This document shows, in pieces, positions 1 through 9,941 of a DNA stretch of 64,000 nt. The position numbers and the translations under genes are program-made. The stretch comes from Candidatus Woesearchaeota archaeon CG10_big_fil_rev_8_21_14_0_10_44_13. Its GTDB lineage: Archaea > Nanobdellota > Nanobdellia > Woesearchaeales > UBA12501. The stretch's first letter is position 1; every line of letters begins with the position of its first letter. The notes beneath the pieces were generated by a model. That model worked only from the letters and a program-made list of their open reading frames with translations. It did not search any database and was not told the DNA's origin. The stretch covers positions 741-64,740 of the forward strand of contig PCXZ01000018.1 of NCBI GenBank assembly GCA_002762985.1, read 5' to 3'.

Positions 1-104
1 GACAGTCGAGACATCCAGATCGACGACCTGCGTCTCTGTGCAGCCGCTGATAAAAGCTACAATAAACGCTGCCAGTAGCATCACTGCAATGCCTGCTCTT
101 CTCA
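1..104 (-). CDS. Lipoprotein N-terminus, partial (gene continues off the window)
   Basis: Minus-strand ATG at 102-104 translates to MRRAGIAVMLLAAFIVAFISGCTETQ, a signal peptide followed by a lipobox-like Cys. Confidence 0.35.
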
Positions 105-119
105 TGTTTTTTCTTCCTC

Positions 120-524
120 TCATATTATCACTGCGAATATCATCCCGATGACGAATCCTATGACTGCGCCGAGTATGAAATCCGTCACGCCGCATGTAAG
201 GAAATCCTTTCCGCTTAGCTTGTTCTCCCTGCTCTTTGTCTCAAGGAAATCAACCCTTTTCCTTACGGCCGCAGATATCCTCTTCCTGTCCCTCATCTTA
301 TTTATGGTGTCTGCAAGCTCTGCATCGCCTATCGAATGCCTTATCCATGCCGCAAAGTCATTCTTGTTCGCATTCACATGGTGGTTGAATGCTGCTTCCG
401 CCATTATGTCAAGGGCTTCTGCAAGCTGTTTCAGACTGGCAATATTAGTGCCCATGTGCAGCTTGAAATGGCTGTTCTCCTTGACATCCTCAAGCAGGTC
501 TGCTGCTTTTTCCGGAGTTATCAT
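120..524 (-). CDS. Hypothetical protein with C-terminal TM helix; paralog of 577..951
   Basis: 134-aa ORF sharing the motif L..AL..M....FNHH.N..KNDF..WI with the neighbouring ORF. Confidence 0.5.
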   Translation of the reverse strand: MITPEKAADLLEDVKENSHFKLHMGTNIASLKQLAEALDIMAEAAFNHHVNANKNDFAAWIRHSIGDAELADTINKMRDRKRISAAVRKRVDFLETKSRENKLSGKDFLTCGVTDFILGAVIGFVIGMIFAVII

Positions 525-576
525 ATCACACCTCTTTTTTACCTTTTTTTATAAACTTTATTTACTATGCTTACGA

Positions 577-951
577 TCATAATGCGCTTTTGCCTGTCTT
601 CCTCTTCACATAGAACACTATGGTCTCTTTGGCCCCCATCCTGTTCTTGCCGAGTATATTATGCGCAAGATCATGGTGCTGCATTATATCCTTTATCCAG
701 TTGCTGAAATCGTTCTTTTCCCTGTTCGCGTGATGATTGAACACATCATCAGTCATCCTGTCCAGTGCTGCAACAAGCTCCTTGAGGTTCTTCAATACCT
801 TGCCGTCGCGCACATAGAAGACGAACTGGTCCGGCACATTCTCATCCCAGTACCTGAGCCTCGCTTTTCTGGCTGCTGCAGGCACTGCCGGCTTTCCCGG
901 GCTTTTGGCCTCGGCTTTAGCCTTTGGTCCTCCTTTACCCCTTTTTACCAC
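577..951 (-). CDS. Hypothetical protein with basic Lys/Ala-rich N-terminus; paralog of 120..524
   Basis: 124 aa; carries the same FNHH...KNDF..WI core as the 120..524 ORF. Confidence 0.5.
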   Translation of the reverse strand: MVKRGKGGPKAKAEAKSPGKPAVPAAARKARLRYWDENVPDQFVFYVRDGKVLKNLKELVAALDRMTDDVFNHHANREKNDFSNWIKDIMQHHDLAHNILGKNRMGAKETIVFYVKRKTGKSAL

Positions 952-1038
952 TTTTCCACCTCTTTTTCTTTTTTTATGCTTACCTGATATATATTTTTTG
1001 TTGTCTTGGCTGCCTTTGAACCCGCAATAAGCGGATCA

Positions 1039-2295
1039 TCATGACCTGAACACCTGCGAGGATGACTTGTTTCCAGCAGGAGCATCAAGGTAAAGGCTGC
1101 CGTTCCTCTGCTTAACCCTCAATACAAGGTCGTTCAAGGCGTTCATGAATGTGATGAAACCGTCATAAGGGGTGTCGTAAGGGTTGAAATACTTGTGCAC
1201 ATCACCATCTGAAAAATACTTCACGCACATGTAATAGAAATGGTCGCTTGTCTGCATCTTCCTCCATTCCTCAAGAAGCTCCTTGTCCCCGATCATCTTT
1301 ATCTCTTTCTCCAGCATGTACAGCTGCTTTATAGCAGATTGCTGCATCCTGTTGCCCAGCCAGGCGCTCAGGTCCCTCTCAACATCCGCCCACGACAGCG
1401 TGAAGGGTACGTTTATCTCCCCTACGGGCTCATGATCCTTGACGAGCTCTGAAGGCAGCTTGAAATTATTGTCAGGGTTCCTCAATACTTCCTCAGGCAG
1501 CCTTTTCATGAAATCGAATATGCCTGTGTCCCCCCATTGGTGCTCTCCGAAGGTCTCATAATCCATGAAAAGGTTTATGTTCGTGCCGTTGCCGTTCACT
1601 GAGTTGACCCACTGCATGTATTTTTCAGCCGTCAAAGGCCATTCATTCCATCCCCTGTTCGAGAACCTGAATGCGATATCATCGCTCAGCCTGTAATTCT
1701 TCAGCAGCAACCTTATCTTTTCGCAGCCCGCCGGCTTGTAGACGAAATTAGGGCTCCTCCATTCTAGGCATTTGTCCCATCCTTCAGCAAGTATCCCCTT
1801 ATAGCCCATATCCTCTATCACTTTCGCCATGTCGTTGTTGTATATGAGCTCCGTGTTCCTGAATATGGAGGGGGTCTGGCCGAAGAGCTTTTTTATCTTG
1901 TCCCTGTGCATCTCTATCTGCTGCCTGAACTCGTCCTTTGAATAGAGATATGAGAGGCTGTGGTAGTATGTCTCTGAGAGGAATTCCACTTTCTTCGTCT
2001 TTGCGAGCTCCTTGAATGTGTCAAGTACGTCAGGGAAATACTGTTCGAACTGCTCAAGCGCCGTGCCTGTGATAGAGAAAGACACCTTGAAATCCCTTTC
2101 TGCATCCTTGTACCTGTTTATCTGCTCGAGCAGCAGCCTGTTCATGGGAAGATAGCATTTCCTGCCTATCTTCAGCATGACTTCTATGTTCTTCTTATTG
2201 TCGAAGTAGCTGTGGTTCTTGCCGATGTCAAAAACCGAATATTTCCTCAGCCTGAAAGGCTGATGCACCTGAAAGTAAAAACAGATGCTTACCAT
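1039..2295 (-). CDS. Glycoside hydrolase family 57 (alpha-amylase / 4-alpha-glucanotransferase-like)
   Basis: N-terminal FYFQVHQPFR signature typical of GH57; 418 aa. Confidence 0.85.
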   Translation of the reverse strand: MVSICFYFQVHQPFRLRKYSVFDIGKNHSYFDNKKNIEVMLKIGRKCYLPMNRLLLEQINRYKDAERDFKVSFSITGTALEQFEQYFPDVLDTFKELAKTKKVEFLSETYYHSLSYLYSKDEFRQQIEMHRDKIKKLFGQTPSIFRNTELIYNNDMAKVIEDMGYKGILAEGWDKCLEWRSPNFVYKPAGCEKIRLLLKNYRLSDDIAFRFSNRGWNEWPLTAEKYMQWVNSVNGNGTNINLFMDYETFGEHQWGDTGIFDFMKRLPEEVLRNPDNNFKLPSELVKDHEPVGEINVPFTLSWADVERDLSAWLGNRMQQSAIKQLYMLEKEIKMIGDKELLEEWRKMQTSDHFYYMCVKYFSDGDVHKYFNPYDTPYDGFITFMNALNDLVLRVKQRNGSLYLDAPAGNKSSSQVFRS

Positions 2296-2343
2296 TTTTC
2301 CTCCTTTAGCTTTTCCTCTTTTGGCATTTTTTATCCTTTATTA

Positions 2344-3561
2344 TCATCTGATCAGGTTCTCATAAACATCCATGCATTTCCTTGCAGGCTCATCCCAGCT
2401 GAATCTCCTCACTTCTGTTGAGCCATGTGCAGTGAGCTCATCCTTCAGTTCATCATACCTCAGGATAGAGACGACCTTGTTCGTCATCTCATCTATGTCC
2501 CAGAAATCCACCTTAAAGGCGTTCCTGAGCACCTCTGAGACTCCGCTCTGTTTGGATATCACGACAGGCACATTGTTCTTCAATGCCTCGAGTGGCGTTA
2601 TGCCGAAAGGCTCGCTCACAGAAGGCATCACATAGACATCAGCCATCTGGTATGCCCTGTCAACATCAGCTCCCTTGAGGAACCCTGTGAACAGGACCTT
2701 GTCTGCTATCCCAAGATCAGCCGCTTTCTGGATTATGAAAGGGAGCATATCGCCTGTCCCGCTTATTATGAATTTCACATTAGGATACATGTCAGATATC
2801 CTCCTTGCAGCATAGATGAAATAATCGGGGCCTTTCTGCAGGGTCACCCTGCCGAGGAAAAGGACTGTCTTGAGGCCGTCATTTATCTTGGCATCAGGGA
2901 AATCGTTCTGCTCGAATTCAACTGCATTATGGACTACTGTTATCTTTTTCGGGTCAATGCCGTAATGCTTCACGACCATGTTCTTCGTGTAATTGCTCAC
3001 CGTGATCACCTTGTCTGCCTTCATCAATCCTTCTTTCTCAAGGTCATAGACATACTGGTTGATGCCATTGCCGCCTGTCCTGTCAAATTCAGTGGCATGC
3101 ATATGCACGACCAATGGCTTTCCGCTCACCTCTTTTGCATATATGCCTGCCTGATAGGTGAGCCAGTCATGGCAGTGTATGACATCATAATTCCCTTTCT
3201 CTTTCTCTGCTATTATTTTTGCCCTCCTTGAGAACAGGTAGACTGCCTGGAAAAGGTTCTTCCCGTATAAGCTTATCTTTTCAGCGGGCATTGTCGTCAG
3301 CTCTTTCAGGAATTCGTTCTCATTCATGTAAGGTGTCACCATCGATTCTACCTCTTTGAGTGTGATGTTGCTCATCGCCGAGATCAGCTTGGTGTTCGAA
3401 TTGTCGGATTTGGGCGTCTTAGGCGCCACGAAGATCACCTTTGTGCCGTTATTAGAGAGGCCTTTGACCAGGCCATGGCATGCTGTGCCTAATCCTCCTG
3501 AGCTGTACGGCGGGAACTCCCAGCCGAACATGAGCACCCTTGCGCGCCTATCTCCCTTCAT
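2344..3561 (-). CDS. GT4-family glycosyltransferase (glycogen/starch synthase-like)
   Basis: MFGWEFPPYSSGGLG N-terminus and EPFGITPLEA motif; 405 aa. Confidence 0.8.
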   Translation of the reverse strand: MKGDRRARVLMFGWEFPPYSSGGLGTACHGLVKGLSNNGTKVIFVAPKTPKSDNSNTKLISAMSNITLKEVESMVTPYMNENEFLKELTTMPAEKISLYGKNLFQAVYLFSRRAKIIAEKEKGNYDVIHCHDWLTYQAGIYAKEVSGKPLVVHMHATEFDRTGGNGINQYVYDLEKEGLMKADKVITVSNYTKNMVVKHYGIDPKKITVVHNAVEFEQNDFPDAKINDGLKTVLFLGRVTLQKGPDYFIYAARRISDMYPNVKFIISGTGDMLPFIIQKAADLGIADKVLFTGFLKGADVDRAYQMADVYVMPSVSEPFGITPLEALKNNVPVVISKQSGVSEVLRNAFKVDFWDIDEMTNKVVSILRYDELKDELTAHGSTEVRRFSWDEPARKCMDVYENLIR

Positions 3562-3890
3562 ATGATATTGACCTCTCCTTTCTTCTCAAATTTTTTAACA
3601 GGATTTGCTTGTGATGTTTTAGTGGCATTCTTATGCAAAGTCCCTGTCTTCTGGATACGGCCAGCCTGTTCGATCCCTTTCTCTGTAGCTTCGACTATCC
3701 TGACGTATCTGCTGCTGAAAACTTCCTTGGCAAGGCCCTTGCCTATGAGAAATGTCATGTGGTTGTCGACTGTCTTCCAGTTGATGCCTGTCTCTGATGC
3801 TATCTGGTTCAGTGTTTTCTGGCCGGACACGACATTCTCAAGAATAAGATTCCTCAGTTCTGTAAACAGCCTCTTTTTTTGCTGAACCAT
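3558..3890 (-). CDS. Small winged-helix transcriptional regulator
   Basis: 110 aa, HTH-like segment LNQIASETGINWKTVDNHMTFLIGKGL; start overlaps the GT4 gene by 4 nt (ATGA). Confidence 0.55.
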   Translation of the reverse strand: MVQQKKRLFTELRNLILENVVSGQKTLNQIASETGINWKTVDNHMTFLIGKGLAKEVFSSRYVRIVEATEKGIEQAGRIQKTGTLHKNATKTSQANPVKKFEKKGEVNII

Positions 3891-4152
3891 ATATATCTCC
3901 TATAGACTAGTATACGAAAGGCACTACTAGTTTATAAATTTTTTGCTTTTATAGACATAACTTAATATCATTTTAACTATATATACCAATTATAAAAATA
4001 CTAAGATATATTTATGATATACCTATGTTATGATTAAAAATATAAGATATAGAGAGAGGCATATTTGCAAAATGATTGAGTATTCAATAGTAATGTTAAA
4101 ATTATTTAAATCGAGCTACAGAAGCCTTATCAGGGGTAGAAGGTGAACTAAT

Positions 4153-5976
4153 ATGGAGATTAAAGCGGACTGTCTTTTCGAGGTTTCATGGGAGGTATGC
4201 AACAAGGTAGGAGGCATATACACTGTGATAATGTCGAAGGCTGCCCTCATAAACCAGAAGTATAAGAACTATTTTGTGATAGGCCCTTATTTCGAGAACC
4301 AGGCAAAAGAGATCTTTGTCGAGCAGGAAACCCCTTCTGAATTCAGGAGAGCCTTTGATGACCTCACGAAAGAAGGCATATTCTGCCATTATGGCATATG
4401 GCAGATAAAAGGCGAGCCGAAAGCGATACTCATAGATTTCCAGAATTTCATGGGCAGGAAGAATGACCTGAAGAAATTCTATTGGGACACGTTCAAGATC
4501 GATTCATTGTTTGCAGAATGGGATTTTGATGAGCCTATGCTATGGTCTACTGCTGCGGGCAAGCTGATCGGGAGATACTGCATCTACAACAACAAGAATA
4601 ATGGGCAGAAGATCGTAGGGCATTTCCATGAATGGATGTCAGGTTTCGGATTGCTTTACCTGAAGAATGCCAAGAAAGAGGAGGGCATTAAGATAGGGAC
4701 TATATTCACGACCCATGCAACAATGCTTGGCAGGAGCATAGCCGGAAGCGGCGAGCCATTGTATGAGATGCTGGATAGCATGGACCCGATGAAGGAAGCA
4801 TACAATCATGGCGTGCAGGCAAAATTCCTTGCTGAGAAGGCGTGTGCGCTGAATGCCGACATATTCACCACGGTGAGCGAGATAACTGCAATTGAAGCAG
4901 AGAAGATACTCGGGAGGAAGGCTGATGTCCTCCTGCTCAACGGCCTGGACATATCAAGATTCCCGACGTATGAGGAATGCGCCATCAAGCACAGGAAGAA
5001 CAGGGAGATAATAAGGGAGTTCGTCGCATATTATTTCTTCCCGCATTACAAGTTCGACCTTGAGCAGACGCTGCTTTTCTTCATAGTCGGAAGATATGAG
5101 TTCAAGAACAAGGGCATTGACATCTTCATAAAGGCGCTTACAAACCTAAATGAAATCATGAAGAAAGAGGACACAAAAAAAACAGTTGTCGCATTATTCT
5201 GCATACCGAGGGATGTGCATGGTGCGAAGCTCGAGCTCTCATTGAACAAGAACAGCTACTATCAGATAAAGGATTTTGTCGAGGAAAACCTAGAAGAATT
5301 CAAGGAAAAGATAATAAACAATATAATGACATGCGACGTGAATGCGTTCAATGATGTGAAGAAATTCCAGCAGGAAAAGATATTTGACCAGGATTTCCTG
5401 CTTGAAGCGAAGAAGATAAGGATCAATTTCATGAAAAAAGGCAATCCGCTCATCGTTACGCACAATATCTCTTATGAAGAGAATGATGACATAGTAAGGA
5501 ATCTCGTCAACACTGGTCTTGACAACAAGGAAGAGGATAAAGTCAAGGCCATATTCTACCCGGTCTACCTTTCAGGCATAGACGGCCTGATAGACCTGCC
5601 TTATTATGAGGCCATAACTGGCTGCCATCTCGGGCTGTTCCCCAGCTATTATGAGCCCTGGGGATACACGCCACTGGAGTCTGCTGCTCTCGGCGTACCT
5701 TCCCTCACTACGGACCTTGGCGGTTTCGGAAGGTTCCTGATGCAGAAAGGGGTCATCAATAACGGCGTTTTCATACTGCAGAGATTCCACAAGACAGAGG
5801 AGGAGACAGTGCAGCATTTCACAGAGATACTCCATAATTTCACAAAGCTTGATGACAAGGGAAGGGTCAGGCAGAAGATACTTGCGAAGGAAGCGTCAAA
5901 TCTGGCAGATTGGGGGGAATTGATAAATAATTATTATGAAGCCCATAATGGGGCAGTAAGAAAAGAATGGGGATAA
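4153..5976 (+). CDS. GT3-family (eukaryotic-type) glycogen synthase
   Basis: FEVSWEVCNKVGGIYTV N-terminal motif; 607 aa. Confidence 0.85.
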   Translation: MEIKADCLFEVSWEVCNKVGGIYTVIMSKAALINQKYKNYFVIGPYFENQAKEIFVEQETPSEFRRAFDDLTKEGIFCHYGIWQIKGEPKAILIDFQNFMGRKNDLKKFYWDTFKIDSLFAEWDFDEPMLWSTAAGKLIGRYCIYNNKNNGQKIVGHFHEWMSGFGLLYLKNAKKEEGIKIGTIFTTHATMLGRSIAGSGEPLYEMLDSMDPMKEAYNHGVQAKFLAEKACALNADIFTTVSEITAIEAEKILGRKADVLLLNGLDISRFPTYEECAIKHRKNREIIREFVAYYFFPHYKFDLEQTLLFFIVGRYEFKNKGIDIFIKALTNLNEIMKKEDTKKTVVALFCIPRDVHGAKLELSLNKNSYYQIKDFVEENLEEFKEKIINNIMTCDVNAFNDVKKFQQEKIFDQDFLLEAKKIRINFMKKGNPLIVTHNISYEENDDIVRNLVNTGLDNKEEDKVKAIFYPVYLSGIDGLIDLPYYEAITGCHLGLFPSYYEPWGYTPLESAALGVPSLTTDLGGFGRFLMQKGVINNGVFILQRFHKTEEETVQHFTEILHNFTKLDDKGRVRQKILAKEASNLADWGELINNYYEAHNGAVRKEWG

Positions 5977-5991
5977 GGCAAGAGGATAAAT

Positions 5992-6945
5992 ATGGGGGAG
6001 CTTAGAAAAGATTATTTCCTTGACAGATGGGTGATCATCGCGAGCGAAAGGGGCAAGAGGCCTCATGAGTTCGTGCAGGAACAGGTGAAACAGAAGGCTG
6101 GCAAATGCTATTTCTGCCCAGGCAGCGAGGATGAGACTCCCCCTGAGATATTCAGGATTGGCGCAAAGAACAGGTGGAAGATGAGGGTCTTCCCAAACAA
6201 GTTCGCCGCAGTGAGGCAGGAAGGCCAAGCTTCCATAAAGACCGACAACATATTCTATACCTTCTCTGCAAATTACGGCATGCATGAGGTGATCGTAGAG
6301 ACGAATGACCACAAGAAGCAGCTCTGGGACCTCGCTCCGAAAGACATAGTCGACCTGATCTCGCTTTATTCGATGAGGATAAAGGAACTGGGCAAGATGA
6401 ATGGGATAAAGTATGTCCAGGTCTTCAAGAATTCAGGAAAGGAAGGCGGTACATCGATATTGCACTCGCATTCCCAGGTGATCGCATACAATAAGGTGCC
6501 TGAACTGGTGGAACAGGAGGCAAAGGCGATAAAGGAATTCAAGGAGAAGATGAATATCTGCCCTTACTGCTGCATAATCAACAGCGAAAAGGATTCTTTC
6601 AGGAGATGCTTTGAGAACAGGAATTTTGTCGCTTTCGCGCCTTATGCCTCGAGATTCCCTTTCGAGATATGGGTGCTGGCAAAGCAGCATGTGAAAAGCA
6701 TAACTGATCTTGACAACGGCCAGGTAAAGGATCTTGCAGAGGTCATGAACAGCATACTAAAAAAACTGAAGAAGCTGAATGCGCCTTATAATTTCATGCT
6801 GCATAATTCCCCCGCAGGCGAGGATTTCCATTTCCATATCGAGATACTGCCGAGGCTCGCAACATGGGCAGGGTTTGAGTTCAACGGCACGATAATAAAC
6901 ACCCTGCCTCCTGAAGAGGCTGCGAAGTTCTATAGGGGGGAATGA
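5992..6945 (+). CDS. GalT-family nucleotidyltransferase (galactose-1-phosphate uridylyltransferase / nucleotide-sugar phosphorylase-like)
   Basis: N-terminal CYFCPG zinc-type motif, HSHSQV histidine-triad-like motif, duplicated HIT-like halves; 317 aa. Confidence 0.7.
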   Translation: MGELRKDYFLDRWVIIASERGKRPHEFVQEQVKQKAGKCYFCPGSEDETPPEIFRIGAKNRWKMRVFPNKFAAVRQEGQASIKTDNIFYTFSANYGMHEVIVETNDHKKQLWDLAPKDIVDLISLYSMRIKELGKMNGIKYVQVFKNSGKEGGTSILHSHSQVIAYNKVPELVEQEAKAIKEFKEKMNICPYCCIINSEKDSFRRCFENRNFVAFAPYASRFPFEIWVLAKQHVKSITDLDNGQVKDLAEVMNSILKKLKKLNAPYNFMLHNSPAGEDFHFHIEILPRLATWAGFEFNGTIINTLPPEEAAKFYRGE

Positions 6946-6989
6946 AGGTTTTGAGTTGATTGCTCTATCTTTAATGTGTTTTTCTAACA

Positions 6990-7150
6990 ATTTATGCATC
7001 AAAATCAACATTCCATTCGCCTCCAAGGATGAACTTCCTGATATGGCTCATGCCCTCTTCTTTGATTTGCTGAATTACCCCACTACAACCGCTCCCCAGC
7101 CCAGTACGTTGTAGGAGGGGGACGGGGGGGACCTTGGTCCCCCCGTAGAT
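6990..7150 (-). repeat. Intergenic repeat family, copy F (inverted orientation)
   Basis: Reverse complement matches core ...GAAGAGGGCATGAGCCATATCAGGAAGTT...GGAGGCGAATGGAATGTTGATTTTG and hairpin module TAGGAGGGGGACGGGGGGGACC..GGTCCCCCC. Confidence 0.7.
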
Positions 7151-7294
7151 ATTGTTGGTTTATTTCAAAAACATAAATTTTATGAACAAAAACCTAATAA
7201 AAAAACACAAAACCATCACCAATCCAAAAACTATATAAACAACTTCTTTTCATATACTAATAATAAATATCTAAGTGAAAAAAGAGGGGGCTAA

Positions 7295-9139
7295 ATGACT
7301 AAAGTCGTGCATACATTAGGCAATTCTACACTCCAGGGAGAAACACCTAACCCCCATTTCATCCTCACAAACAAGATAGGAGGTTATTTCTCGCTGAGCG
7401 ATTACCAGTCATCAAGGTATCAGGGGGCGTTCTTCTGCGACAATTTCGACATGTTCAAGGTCATAGAGAATATCCTCCCCTTGAATTCCGGGAAAGTCGT
7501 CAAGGTGACGAATAAATTCTACTGCATAGAGAGGGAGAGGGAGAACGGACTGAAAGAGACATTGTTCATGCCTTTGTTCCACAACTCAATAGGGTATCAG
7601 CTAAGCGCTGAAACAGACATACAGATCGATCTTGATGTGAGAAAAGCGTATGATGTCAGGGAATTCGGCAGGTATTACAGGATCTACAAGGAGAAGGACA
7701 AGATAATCATAGAGTTCACGAAAAAGACAGACAGCAAGGAGGACAAGACGCATGCGAAGCAGGAATTCACGGTCTATGTCGTGATAGACAACGGCAAGGA
7801 GTTCAGGAAAGCCAATGAATTCTACCAGGTCAGCTATCCTTTCGACAGGGAAAGGAACTCATGGCCATGGGAGAGGTATGTGTACAGGTCTATCATAATA
7901 AAAGCGGACAGATTGGTCATCTCGTTCTCCAAGAACAAGAACAAAGCCATACAGGAGAATGAGAAGCTGCTCAGCAACCTCAGGAATGTCAAGGAAAAAC
8001 AGCAGATGTATGTGAATATCACGAAGAAATTCGAGGACGAGAAGATGACGATGGCTTACAGGTCTGCATGCTCATCATTGGACCATCTTGCTAATGTGAT
8101 AAGCAACAAGAAAGGCATCTATGCAGGGTTGTGGTGGTTCTTCCAGTACTGGACAAGGGATGAGGCAGTATCCTTGAGGGCATTGATGATACAGGGGAAA
8201 TACGACCTTGTCAAGGACATACTGTTCAGGAAGCTGAAGGAGATAAAAGACGATGGAAGGATCCCTAACAGGTACCCTGCTTCTGATCTCGAGTCTGCAG
8301 ACGGGATAGGCTGGGTCATGAAGAGATGCTATGACCTGTTCGAGGAATTGTACAGGAAAAACCTCATCACGGAATATCTCTCAAAAGATGACCTCACATT
8401 CATGAAGAAAAAAGTGGAGGATTCCGTCTATATGCTGCTGAAGAGGTATACAGCCCAGGATTTTGCCATAAACAGCAAGCTTGAGACATGGATGGACACT
8501 GAATACAGGGGGGATAACAGGGAAGGTATAAGGATAGAGATTCAGGCATTGAGGCTCTGCACTTACAAGCTCATGAAGCTGCTGTGCAGGACAATGAAGG
8601 ATGATGTGGGCCATAATATGGCTGTCCATCTTGAGAACGACCTTGCGAAAAAAGTGAGGGAGAGGTTCTGGAACGGAAGGTATCTCAAGGACGGTGTCAA
8701 TGATGAGACGATAAGGCCTAATGTGTTCATAGCCCATTATGTATACCCTGAATTGCTGTCCAATTCGCAGTGGGAGAAATGCTTCAAGACGATAATGCCT
8801 AAGCTGTGGAACGGCTGGGGCGGCATCTCGACCATAGACAAGGAAAACCCATTGTTCTGCAACTATCATGCCGGCGAGAACAACCAGAGCTACCACAGGG
8901 GCGACTGCTGGTATTGGCTGAATAACCTTGCGGCAGTATGCATGAATAGGGTCAATAAGAGGAAATTCAAGGAGTATGCTGATAAGATCCTTGAAGCGAG
9001 CACCCATGAGATACTGTTCTCAGGTGCGATAGGCCATCATGCAGAGATAAGCTCTGCTGCCAACAGGGAGAGCAAAGGCTGCTTGATGCAGGCGTGGAGC
9101 GCAGCGATGTACATAGAGATGGTTGAGGAGATGTTCTAA
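7295..9139 (+). CDS. Glycogen debranching enzyme (amylo-alpha-1,6-glucosidase, GDE C-terminal domain family)
   Basis: GLWWFFQYWTRDEAVSLRAL motif; 614 aa. Confidence 0.8.
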   Translation: MTKVVHTLGNSTLQGETPNPHFILTNKIGGYFSLSDYQSSRYQGAFFCDNFDMFKVIENILPLNSGKVVKVTNKFYCIERERENGLKETLFMPLFHNSIGYQLSAETDIQIDLDVRKAYDVREFGRYYRIYKEKDKIIIEFTKKTDSKEDKTHAKQEFTVYVVIDNGKEFRKANEFYQVSYPFDRERNSWPWERYVYRSIIIKADRLVISFSKNKNKAIQENEKLLSNLRNVKEKQQMYVNITKKFEDEKMTMAYRSACSSLDHLANVISNKKGIYAGLWWFFQYWTRDEAVSLRALMIQGKYDLVKDILFRKLKEIKDDGRIPNRYPASDLESADGIGWVMKRCYDLFEELYRKNLITEYLSKDDLTFMKKKVEDSVYMLLKRYTAQDFAINSKLETWMDTEYRGDNREGIRIEIQALRLCTYKLMKLLCRTMKDDVGHNMAVHLENDLAKKVRERFWNGRYLKDGVNDETIRPNVFIAHYVYPELLSNSQWEKCFKTIMPKLWNGWGGISTIDKENPLFCNYHAGENNQSYHRGDCWYWLNNLAAVCMNRVNKRKFKEYADKILEASTHEILFSGAIGHHAEISSAANRESKGCLMQAWSAAMYIEMVEEMF

Positions 9140-9269
9140 GGAAAGGAGTTTTTTGTGGACACCAGACAATATTTTTTATAAGGGGCGCATTTCTTTCCTC
9201 TAAAATTAGCCACACCCAAAACCGCACAACCTCCAATCTATCCCACCCTATCACCTCAAGGTACTCGAT

Positions 9270-9420
9270 TCACAAAAGGGAGGTAGGGGGATTTAGTTGT
9301 GCGCAGTTGCGATTGTTGAATGGGTTTAAATTGTGCGGCCGTGAGCCATATCAGTGGATTGTGTAGTGGAGGCGAACGGGAGGATGAGGGTCGTCGTGAT
9401 GCAAAAAAGTAGGGATGAGC
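9270..9420 (+). repeat. Intergenic repeat family, copy E (diverged 5' module)
   Basis: GTGAGCCATATCAGTGGATTGTGTAGTGGAGGCGAACGG core followed by GTGATGCAAAAAAG tail. Confidence 0.6.
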
Positions 9421-9463
9421 ACAGCAGCTGCTGAACAATAGGGTGGTTTTAATAATACCCATA

Positions 9464-9880
9464 TCACTGTTTCAATTTAGAACTCTTGAACTTGTCCGGC
9501 TGGTATGCATTAAGCCTTCTCACTTCCGCCTTTATGTTCCTCTTCTTCAGCTCTGCCTCGAAATTCTCAGGAAGCTCCTGATCATAGCCCAAACAGATGA
9601 TGTCCGGCCTTGTCTTCTCTATTATGCTGATCTTGTCCTTCAGGTCTCCCATGAGGACATCATCAACTTCCTGGACTTTCTTCACCCTCAAAAGCCTTGT
9701 CGTCTCATTGTTGATAGGGAACAGGCCTTTCGCCTGCTTCACATTAAGGTCTCTGCCTATGACAACAACTAATTTTGAATCCAGACCTCCTGCCTTCTTG
9801 GCCTGGCTGAAGAAATTGAGATGGCCAGGATGCAGGATGTCGAATGTACCGAATACGATTACCTTTTTTGGCGGCGGCAT
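9464..9880 (-). CDS. ribL: Cytidylyltransferase-like nucleotidyltransferase, probable archaeal FAD synthase RibL
   Basis: GTFDILHPGH (GxFDxxHxGH) motif, 138 aa, adjacent to the riboflavin operon. Confidence 0.65.
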   Translation of the reverse strand: MPPPKKVIVFGTFDILHPGHLNFFSQAKKAGGLDSKLVVVIGRDLNVKQAKGLFPINNETTRLLRVKKVQEVDDVLMGDLKDKISIIEKTRPDIICLGYDQELPENFEAELKKRNIKAEVRRLNAYQPDKFKSSKLKQ

Positions 9881-9941
9881 GGATAGCAGTTAGGGGAGGA
9901 GGTTTTTAAAGTTTTTGAAGTTAATCTAAAAAAACAAAAAT

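Noticed and set aside
148-582. Plus-strand ORFs overlapping the 120..524 gene, and many similar 60-120-aa ORFs listed in the track inside larger genes
   Set aside because: They are fully nested antisense or alternate-frame ORFs within well-supported genes. There is no RBS or homology signal.
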